Assembly: GCA_951406725.2 (NCBI GenBank)
Contig: OX597826.1
Span: 36,270,001-36,334,000 of the forward strand
Origin: Octopus vulgaris
Lineage: Eukaryota
Direction of reading: 5' to 3'
DNA: 64,000 nt
A program made the position numbers and the translations under genes. How positions within the stretch are numbered: position 1 is the first letter of the stretch; each line of letters opens with the position of its first letter. Shown piece by piece: positions 53,361 to 64,000 of this stretch. The notes under the pieces were generated by a model. It did no database searches, was not told the origin of the DNA, and saw nothing but the letters and a program-made list of their open reading frames with translations.

Positions 53361-54282
53361 GAGATTTATTGAAAGATAATTACTGTAACAAAAAGGAAAA
53401 AAGCTGAAATTGTCAGATGTCAAAGTTGATAGAAGAAAAATTTGGATTCAATCTTTGCCTGCAAATAATTAATGACTTTGATGGATGTGTTCCCTGTTAA
53501 TTACTTAAACGAATCTGTAAAAATATCAGCTGATTGGATCAAGTAACTGGTTCATATTTCAAAACTCCCAGACTATCAACCGATCCCTGGTTACAAGCAA
53601 TCTTCTGTTAAGATGAAACATTTCATAATTAAGTTTTATTCTAGTAAATTGTATTTTGCTACATGTTAATTTTAATTGTTCAAAAAAAAAAATTACCCAA
53701 TCAAAAAAAAAAAAAACATGATTTTAGAGCAAAATTTATTTAAATTTTTAAAAATCCTTAAATTTGCCATAATGACTCACAGAGATTCCATTTATTTATT
53801 TCTCTTCCAAATGGGGGTTTAACCATTATTTTTTTGTCCTGACCCTGGATTGGATAAATAAATTAAGCTTGTTTAGTTTTCTGGTCTGCCATGATTAACA
53901 AGTTAATTAGTGATACTAGCCTAATATTCAATTATTCCTAATATTAATTGCAGCAGAACCTCTATAGGTCCACTACATTTGCTAGAAATGGCAGTGGGTA
54001 TTTCTTTCTCTCTCTCTCTCACTAACATTATAATTTCTTTTTCATCTTCAAAAAAGATTATTTTCAAACAAGTATTTTCCTTTAATTATAAATTTGAGAT
54101 ATCAATGAAACCGGCAAAATATACATTTCTGCCCATTTTGCTAGAAATAACAGTGAAGTCTTCTTCAATCTAAAACTATGATGTTGCTGCTGATGAGGGT
54201 GGTGACTGTGGAGGTGGTGATGAACCTGATGATGGCAATGATAATGACAATGATGTTGATGATGATGATGATGATGTTGATT

Positions 54283-55052
54283 ATTTTATTCTTTTATTTG
54301 TTTCAGTCATTTGACTGTGGCCATGCTGGAGCACTGCCTTTAGTCGAGCAAATCGACCCCAGGACTTAGTCCTTGTAAGCCTAGTACTCATTCTTTTGGT
54401 CTCTCTTGCTAAACTGCTAAGTGACGGGTGGTTGGGATGCTGTTGTTGTTTTGCTGACTTCTGCTGTTAACGATGAAGATGATGATGATGAAGAGGAGGG
54501 AGAGGGGGGAAGGGGGAGGAGGAGACAGAGGATGTTTGATGATGATGATGATGACGATGATGAGAATGATAAGGATGGCAATCATGAAGATGATGATGAT
54601 GATGATGATGATAATGACAACACTGATGATGACAATGATGACGATGGCAATGATAATGATGATGTTGATTCTTTTATTCTTTTATTTGTTTCAGTCATTT
54701 GACTGTGGCCATGCTGGAGCACTGCCTTTAGTCGAGCAAATCGACCCCCAGGATTTAGTCCTTGTAAGCCCAGTACTCATTCTTTTGGTCTCTCTTGCTA
54801 AACTGCTAAGTGACGGGGATGTAAACACACCAGCATCGGTTGTCAAGCAATGTTGGGGGGACAAACACAGACACACAAACATATACATGCATATACATAT
54901 ACCACCAGCTTCTTTCAGTTTCCATCTAACAAATCCACTCACAAGGCTTTGGTTGGCCCAAGGCTATAGTAGAAGACACTTGCCCAAGGTGCCATGCAGT
55001 AGGACTGAACTTGGAACCATGTAATTGGTAAGCAAGCTTCTTACCACACAGC
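54283..55052 (-). mobile_element. SINE family A (54672-55052) plus local duplicate of its 3' end (54283-54428)
   Basis: Near-identical ~145-bp blocks separated by a (GAT)n tract. Confidence 0.8.
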
Positions 55053-55809
55053 CACGATGATGATGATGATGATGATGAAGATGTTGATGATGATGATGAT
55101 GTTGATGAGGATGATGATGATGAGGAGGAGGAGGATGATGATGATGATGTTGATGATGATGATGATGTTGATGATGATGATGATGTTGATGATGATCGTG
55201 ATGATGATGATGATGACAGCGATAATAATGATGATGATGATGACGACGACGATGACGATGACGATGATGATGTTGATGAGGATTATGATGATGATGTTGA
55301 TGATGATGATGATGTTGATGATGATGATGATGTTGATGATGATGATGAAAGAAATTGTGAAGATGACAGGTTCTTCAACTTTTGCTGATGCAATTTCTGA
55401 TACTCCAAACAAAACACACAAAGAAAAAACACACTGCAAAATTATTCATTTTTAAATAGGTGCCAACACTTTTGCATTTACTGCAAATTGTCAGCTGTGG
55501 ATTTGATTACCTTAAAAATTAATCAAGATTATTTTCAATTATCTTCGCTTTCAATTTTTTCAAATCTTATTTGTTTTCCCACGTTGTCATTGCATTTAAT
55601 ACAAATCCGTGATTACTGACGTCTCGTAGAAAGAATTGTTTTCTAAACATGTATTTTATACATACAGTCCCTGGCAAAAATATAACCGATTGTTGATGAC
55701 AATAAACTACAAGAGTAAAAGACGATATGATATTCTGAATTCTTGGAGTTCTTCAGAGAAACAAATAAATCAACACTGCTTAACAAAAACCTTCACAGTA
55801 ACATATACA

Positions 55810-56039
55810 CAGGGTGGACCAAAAGTAGTTTTACAGTTATTCAACTATCTCTTTCATATTCATATATTAACAGTTTAGATCTTAATTATGAAAAAATATG
55901 AAGCCATTATTCTATGCTAATTTAGTTAATTTTGTCAAGCTCATTTTTCAGTTTGTAATATAGAAGTTTAAATGTAATGAAATGTTTTAAAAGAAATTTA
56001 AAGTGCCTGCATGATAACTGTAAACCTACTTTTGGGCCA

Positions 56040-56045
<6 letters not shown>
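55810..56045. mobile_element. Tc1/mariner-type MITE
   Basis: TIRs cagggtggaccaaaagtagttttacagttat / ataactgtaaacctacttttgggccaatgtg in TA-rich context. Confidence 0.6.
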
Positions 56046-56099
<54 letters not shown>

Positions 56100-56101
<2 letters not shown>

Positions 56102-56945
56102 AGGCACAGATGTGACTGTGTGGTAAAAAATTTCCATCATAACCACATGGTTCTAGGTTTAGTTCTACTCTATGGCACCTTGGGCAAATGTATTCTACTA
56201 TAGCTTCGAGCCAACAAAAAACTTGTGAGCGGATTTGGTAGATGGAAATTGAAGGAAGCCCATCGTATGTGTGTGTGTGCATGCACACATGTGTTTGCAT
56301 GTGTGTGTGTGTGTGTGCATGTCACCCCCCCCCACCAGTTGACAACTAGTATTGTTTTGTTTATGTAACCTAGCAGTTTGGCAAAAAAAGAGTGATAGAA
56401 TAAGTACCAGGCTTTAAAGAACAAGGAAGTGACCCTTGTTGGCCTAGACCCTACAAGGTGGTGCCCCAGCATGGCCACAGTCCAATGACTGAAGCAAGTC
56501 AATGATGAAAAATAAGATATACATTTAGATGCCAGCATGGTTGTATGCTAAGAAGTTATTTTCCCAGCCACACATTCCCAAGTTCAATCCCACTGGGTTG
56601 GCCAAAGCCTTGTGAGTGGATTTTTAGACAGCAACTAAAACAAACCTGTTGTGTGTGTATACGTGTATGTGTGTTGTGTGTGCATGTGAGCGCGTGTGTG
56701 TGCTTTTGATTTTGTGCTTGTGTTTGTCCCAACACCACCAATACCACTACCACTATCACTGCTTGACAATTATTGTGGCTTTCTTACAACCCCACACACT
56801 AGTGGTTCAACAAAAGAGACCGATAGAATAAGTATGAAACTTAAAATGAATGCTGGAGTCAATTTGCTGAGTTAAAAGCACTTTGAGATGGTGCCCCAGC
56901 ATGGCTGCACTCCAATGATTGAAGCAAGCAATAAAATAAAAAGAT
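56100..56945 (+). mobile_element. Two tandem decayed SINE family A copies
   Basis: Both end ggtgccccagcatgg..caatga(c/t)tgaagcaag. Confidence 0.7.
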
Positions 56946-57813
56946 ATTATACGTTCAGTCGCTTGTAAAAGTATAAAAGTTTGTAGATGAAAATGAATTA
57001 GAGTTTGTTGATTTATGATGAAGAGTAAATAAAAACTTATATTCTGGAAACAGGTCTCCCTTTGGAGAAATAAATATATACTGAGACAAATGTAGGAGCC
57101 GTTGTTATTAAGTAAATATGGTTTCTAAACATAAATATTATACATACAGGCCCTGGCAAATGAATGAAAGAGTAGAGGAAGAAGATATTGTATTGATTTG
57201 CCATGATGAGTAAAGAGAAAACATGATGTTCTGGACGCTTGTGGTTCTGCAGAAGAGAAGGAATAAAATAAATGCTGAGACCCAAATTGGTAAAAGTGTA
57301 TAGTTTTTATTCTATTTAGGTTTTTGTGTGCAACATATTTGCTTCTATATTTTCGGGCTCTGAAGAAGAATGGTTCTTCAAAGCATAGTATTTTCCTCTT
57401 CTCATTATAAATTAATCACACCTTAATTTAAATTTTATTTATGAAGTTTCATAGATTTAATCCATGGATTAACTTTTGTGGATTAATATTTGAGGATTTG
57501 CTTCTGCTAAAGCAAAGTATCACTGCACCTCATGGATTCTGGATTATATTGAACTGCAAATCCATATTTCCATTGTAACATTCTTGTATGTAATTGGTGC
57601 AAGTATTGCTGTATGTAGCAACAGGCATCAATGTGAAGTGGTTGGGATACTGTAAGTGAGATAAGTCTAAGTGGGAGTATGTGTAGTTTGTGATGAAGAC
57701 AAATAGTGTGAGCAACAGAGCCTCTTATTGTGGATAAGTAATGTTGTTGATATTCCTTTTATTTCTGTATATATACAGATTAAGTGTTACCAAGTGAGTA
57801 AAATGTTCTTTGT

Positions 57814-58303
57814 AGTAAAGATTGTTTGCCAACATAGCATGGCAGTCCTGGTTTAGGACGAATGTTGTTGTAATTTAGCCCCAATCTTTACTGAAAAATA
57901 CTGTTGCTGAATATCTCTCGTTGTGAGATTTAAAAAAACATAGTAATTTTCTAATTTATAGATCGGTGACTAGTTGTTACTTTGAAAACAATATATTTCA
58001 AACAGGAATTTGGCAGCACCACCTCTAGCCGAACAATTATTCTGTGAAGAGAAATAACCCAGAAATTGCGATACACAGATATTGTTTTGACCTGAGTGGG
58101 GGTGCTAGATTCCGTTGTTCGAAAATATAAGAACACAGATCGTGTCATATAGCCAGCTGGAGATGATGTCTCCTGAGGCTAAATTACAGCAACATTCGTC
58201 CTAAACCAGGACTGCCATGTTATGTTGACAAACAATCTTTACTCTAAAGTACTGTTGCTGAATATCTCTTATTGTGAGATTTTAAAATAGTAATTTTCTA
58301 AAA
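57814..58303 (+). mobile_element. Retrozyme/pLTR-like element: inverted 5' arm plus 351-bp direct-repeat unit with hammerhead remnant
   Basis: ctgttgctgaatatctc at 57901 and 58252. Inverted arms 57814-57883 / 58174-58243. tctgtg-aaga..GAAA ttgcga TA cacaga at 58041-58079. Confidence 0.65.
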
Positions 58304-59813
58304 TATTCTTTGCTGAGGAGTTCTAATAAGACTGAAACATATATGGTCTTTTGCCAGTTGGCTTGGAAGATCAGATCCACTCCAATCTACATCATCAATA
58401 TTGTCCCACTATGTCTATCAATTGATCCTACAAGAGTTATTTTCCTTCTTTATAATAATTCTGCTTTAAATATCCCTAGAGGGTTTACTTCAAACACTGA
58501 CTGCATAAATCATTTCAATTAAATATTTTTAAATTCTGTGTACTATATAGAAGATACCCTACTTTGTAGACCCTTCTATATTGACCCTAGAATGACAAAA
58601 TACAAGTCAGCCTTAGCAGGATTTCACTGAAATACTGGACTGCATTCTGCCAATCTTTCTGATAATTCTGCCAATTCCACTTTCCTTATATGACCAAAAA
58701 TTAACCAAAATCTTGATAACTGGGAACTTATGTTTTGGTATTTTCAAAGTGTTGTAAGAGCATGAGACCAAACAAGGCACAAAAAAAAAAAAAAAATCAA
58801 AATGAGTGGTTCATGGGAACTGAACGCACATCAATTTGTATGACTTATCGAAGAAACGCCTACAAGATACAGGTTCAATTCTTGTTAAGTTAATTATTTT
58901 TTACATATTTTTATTTCCATATATAACATATTTTTTTTTACCTTATATCTACTTTTACACCATATATTCTGTCTGTTTGTCCAAACACAGAAGAGAAAAA
59001 AAAAACTCACTTAAAAATGGGAAAAATATATTATGTAAAATTATTGATTTATTTTCATAGCAAATGTTTTAACTTTATCTCCTTTGAAATTCTTCGAAAA
59101 ATATTTTTTTCTTTAATATGATAGCCATTTGTTATGTTTCTAATTACTCTCATTGCTTTTCTCAAGAATTTACCAATTTCTTAAGTACATAACAACAAGA
59201 ACAAAAACATTATGAAGAAAATGTGATAAAATTCACTCCAAAATATTTGTGTAGTTTTTGTCTAGAAAGTTCTGTTGTTTTATTTTTCTTTATATATTTT
59301 TCTTTAGCCTTTATTATTAAATTGTTTTAAGGTACATCAATCATTAGCTGCATTCAAAAAGAAATTAGGCAATTTTTTTCTCAATAAAACAAAAAGCAAA
59401 AAAATTCAAAATTAAAATTTTAAAAAAAACTATTAGTATAACACTTGAAATGTGTGAAAGGCAGTTATTAATTAAAATAGATTAGAAATTCAAATAACAA
59501 AACTATTTATATAATATATATGTAGATAAGTATCTGTGTATATATGTATATATACAAATATATATATATGTGTGAGTGTGTGTGTATGTATATATATATG
59601 TGTGTATATATATAGATATGTGTGAGTATATATATATATATATATATTTATATACACACACACACATGTTCATATCTATATGCAAAAGTATACATACACA
59701 CACGGACATTTAATTTATGCTGGGGTATTATTGAAGTATATGTATAATTATGTACATACAGACATAATTATACATTGTTGCGTATGTCTCTCTGTGAGTG
59801 AATATATAAATAA

Positions 59814-59844
<31 letters not shown>

Positions 59845-60345
59845 TCCCCTTCTCATCATCAACATCATCATTATCACCATCATCATCATTATCATCATCA
59901 TTATCATCATTATCAGTTTACCTTTGTTATTCCATGCAGGCATTTTAGATAGGTTTGGGGCAGGTAATCCAAACACTCCATACTGTGTTACGTAATTCTC
60001 CTTTCAAACTACGATTCTACACAAACCATTACTCAACGTCTCCTTCCTTTTTTGGCAAATGAACATCCCTTATTTTCCTTTGCCTCTTCTTATTCCATTG
60101 ATTATTTTGATGTTGCATTACAATGCTAGTTTCTAAAATTAAAGATACTTCATTCTGCTGCCATACTTAGCTTTAACAATACCTTAAATACAATCTCGTT
60201 AATTTAGCATATTTTCACAAAATTGTTTCACAAAGTACTGAGAAATTTCAGTTCGTCTGCTAATGTTGTTTCATAAAGAATTCTTGTATCTAACAATTCA
60301 CCACAAGGTTCAAGACAAACTTTATAAAAGTAATCAAGCATAATC

Positions 60346-60528
60346 AACATCATCATCATCATCGTTTAACGTCCGCTTTCCATGCTAGCATGGGTTGGAC
60401 AGTTCGACTGGGGTCTGGGAAGCCAGGAAGTTGCACCAGGCCCAGTCTGATCTGGCAGTGTTTCTACAGCTGGATGCCCTTCCTAACACCAAACACCCTG
60501 TGAGTGTAGTGGGTGCTTTTTACGTGCC

Positions 60529-60574
<46 letters not shown>

Positions 60575-60751
60575 GTAATAATAATAATAATAATAATATT
60601 GATAATAAAAAAATAATAATAATAACTACATGAGCAACAGTAATAATAATAATGATGATGACGATAATGATAATAAAAATGATAATAATAACAACTATAA
60701 CCAACAATAAGAATAGTAGTTATAATAATGATGATGATGATGGTGATGATG

Positions 60752-60783
<32 letters not shown>

Positions 60784-61013
60784 GATGATGATGATGACAA
60801 CAACAACTATAATGATAATCCTTTCTGCTATAGGCACAAGGCCTGAAATTTAGGGGAGGGAGATAATCGATTATATCAACTCCCCATACAGACCTGGTAC
60901 TTATTTTATCCTCCCCCAAAAGGATGAAAGGCAAAGTCAAGCTCCAAAGGGATTTGAACTTAGAACATAAAGAGCCAGAAGAAATGCAGCATGTGGCCTT
61001 AGTAACAATAACA

Positions 61014-61047
<34 letters not shown>

Positions 61048-61405
61048 CGACAGCAAAACAGTAATAATAATAATAATTGTTTGTAACTTAGACACAAGGC
61101 CAACAATTTCTTTTGGATGGGGAATAATTGATATGATCAACCGCAAGACTTGATTAATACACTATCTTTATATATACTATTATCATATACTATTATCACT
61201 GTGCTGGTGGCATGTAAATAGCACCCACTACACTCACGTTGTGGTTGACATTAGGAAGGGCATCCAGCTGTAGAAACTCTGCTAAATCAAGATTGGAGCC
61301 TGGTGCAGCCATCTGGTTTGCCAGCCCTCAGTCAAAATCGTCCAACCCATGCTAGCCTGGAAAGTGGACGTTAAACGATGATGATGATGATGATGATGAT
61401 GATCA
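60346..61405. mobile_element. RTE tail copies (60346-60528 minus; 61200-61405 plus) and SINE B remnants (60820-60990 minus)
   Basis: Same diagnostic motifs as the other copies. Confidence 0.7.
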
Positions 61406-61579
61406 TTATATATAATGTATATATAATACACACACACACACACATAAAGATGGATGGATAAGTGGATGGTTGGATGGATTGTTGAATACATGGATGAAGA
61501 GGTGGAAAGAAACCCATATATATACACATTGTCTTAGAAACTATTGTATTAGCTTAATGCTTAAAAGGGAGGGAAAGAT

Positions 61580-62040
61580 GCATAACATTTCGGATGTTAG
61601 TCCTTCATCAATTTAAAGAGAAAAGCATAAGGGAAATGAGAGTAAGGAAATATCTGTGAGAAAGGAGAAGGGGTTAGGAACCAGGTGGGAATACAGTTCT
61701 ATTGGTAGATTTACGAAAAGAAGAGTGAACATGCATTTTCAAGCTTAAGGGTGTATATATGTTTGGGGATGGCCATATGGGGGTGTGGTGAGTGTAATTT
61801 TGTGGAGACAGGGTACATTTGTGTGTGGATATATCCAAGTGTTGAAGGACAGGGACATGGGTTCATAGGGGTGTGAGGGTGTGTAATTGTGAAATCTGTA
61901 TGAAGAAAAGGTAGATGTAAACAGGTGGGAGCAGAAATGAGTGCAAGACAAAAGAGAAAGATGAGAGGAACATGGTAGGAGAGATGGGACTATGTTCAAA
62001 GGTATAGATGTGAGGCTATGTTACATGGAAGGCAGGAATA
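61580..62040 (-). mobile_element. Decayed PLE endonuclease 3' end with hammerhead-like remnant
   Basis: PMSLSFNTWIYPHTNV resembles PVAxHFN..H. TTGATGA a gga-ctaaca-tcc GAAA tgtt at ~61585-61612. Confidence 0.4.
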
Positions 62041-62144
62041 TTGATTAAAGAAGTGAAAGTGAGGGAAAATGTATGGCTTCAAGGAGAAAGGAGAAGTCAG
62101 AGAAAAATAAGAGAAAAATTAATTACAATACAACACTGGCAAGA

Positions 62145-62175
<31 letters not shown>

Positions 62176-62556
62176 GGGAGAGAGAGAAGGAGAGAGAAGC
62201 ATTATAAATTCAGTGAGAGAAGAAAAATTACTTAAAAATTATGCAACATTGGTTGAAAGTCCTGGTACATTACATGCATGGGTTAAAAGACAGGAAAGTG
62301 AATCCTAAGTGTGGTGAGGAACTGGTGAAAGAAATTGAGCTGGGTGTGGCACAAAGAAAGTCAAGAAGAATGTGATAGATGTGTGTGAATGCATCAGAGC
62401 ATGAAGCACTTTTACATGGAAGAAAGAAATAAGAAAAAAAAACAAAAAAAAACCAATAATAATTCTTTTAAAAACTGCAACTTGTAGAAAGGTCAGAGAG
62501 TCCAAGAATGCAGAAGTAATAAATTCCTTAGGGAGAAATAACGATGACACTAGCTA

Positions 62557-62636
<80 letters not shown>

Positions 62637-63439
62637 GTATATGTATATATACATATGTACATACTGATATGCACTCATATTACTATATACATATATAACC
62701 ATATACTCACATATATACTCAAACACATACTGACTGATAGCCACAAACATACACGTGTGCGCGCACACACACACACACACACACATACACACACACTATT
62801 CCACGACACACAGTCCCACAGCACACAGATACTCGTGTGAACCCAATAGAGTCAGAACCCTTCTCGCCCAAACACCAATATACACACATACACATCCACA
62901 TAGAGACACATAAATGCACACACACACATACACACATATATAAACACATAAAACCAGCATTCACATACACACTCGTATTCAACACATTTACACACACACA
63001 TTCAACACACATCTGCTCATATACAATCCTTCACACATTCTCACGGGTCTACTTTTGCAGCAACGCACATCCACCAAATTTGCATATATGCACACGCATG
63101 CACACATATAAACAGCTATGCACGTACACCGCATCCTACATACATCCACCCCTATACACACGCACGCACGTGCATATATTAGTGAGAGTAATTTAGTTTG
63201 AAAGCCAGTCACTTAAGCCAGTGCCATCTAACCATTCATAAATCATTGTCTCAAAAACCACCTTAGACAATACTTCACATAAGCGATCAAGCATGAACCC
63301 AGCTAAGCAGGAGAGAGAGAGGGTGGAGGGGGCGGAGGAGGAGGAAGAGGAGGGCCAGTGGGTAGGTGGGTGGGAAGGGAGGTGTGGAAGGATGGGGAGG
63401 AGAAGAAGAGGAGGAGCATAACATTAACCTTTTTTTTCT

Positions 63440-63681
63440 TTAACTGTTGTGTCTAATAAGTGTCCATGTTGTTGTTGTTGGTGGTGGTGGTGGTCGAAGT
63501 GATGCTGGTGGTGGAGATGGCGTTGTGTTCGAACCAGTTGAGCGGCTACTGCACTGCCATCATCACCATCATTATCAACAACATTACAAATGGTAATGGA
63601 TGATGATGATGTTGATGATGGTGGTGGTATTAGTGAGGCAGAGGAGGAGATGACAATGAGGGTGATGGTCATGTTGATGAC

Positions 63682-63727
<46 letters not shown>

Positions 63728-64000
63728 GTGATGGTTTTGAAGATAAAATGCTGGTGATGATAGTGAAGATAATGATATTCATGATGATGATGATAATGAT
63801 GATAATGATAATGATAATTATAATGATCATGAAGATGTTACTGCAGATCGCAATACTGTTGCTGCCACTACTGCTGCTGCTGCTGCTGCTACTACTGCTT
63901 GCTGCTGATGAGGAGGATTATGATGATGATAATGATTATAATGATGAAGATACTGGTGACAATAGTGATGATGGTGATGATGATGATGATGATGTTGATG
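63440..64000. repeat. (GAT)n/(GGT)n/(GCT)n low-complexity tract
   Basis: Directly visible. Confidence 0.9.

Noticed and set aside
55349-55439. Signal-peptide-like CVFSLCVLFGVSEIASAKVEEPV on the minus strand
   Set aside because: Runs straight into a (CAT)n microsatellite with no donor site or ATG.
58313-58348. CTGAGGA gttct-aata-agact GAAA catatatg GTC as a functional hammerhead
   Set aside because: Core words are present, but stem I cannot form and stem II is mismatched; counted only as a remnant.

Overview
AT-rich, microsatellite-dense eukaryotic DNA. The repeat families resemble coleoid cephalopod (octopus-like) ones; this is inferred from SINE motifs and microsatellite content. I found no intact protein-coding gene. 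Most listed ORFs are read-throughs of (TA)n, (ATT)n, (GAT)n and similar repeats. The window is a patchwork of decayed mobile DNA: Tc1/mariner relics, Penelope-like (PLE) RT and GIY-YIG fragments, RTE and CR1 LINE 3' ends, at least four tRNA-type SINE families, piggyBac- and mariner-type MITEs, and foldback palindromes. Three things stand out. (1) About ten minimal type-I hammerhead-like motifs occur, including a complete U3-A8 core variant at 15512-15552. That motif heads a conserved, covarying multi-hairpin domain found in three places, once as a 351-bp retrozyme-like unit. (2) A full-length 5S rRNA copy is fused to a retroposon 3' tail (SINE3-like chimera) at 40334-40539. (3) The 18-26 kb block holds garbled tandem duplications that are probably assembly or polishing artefacts.
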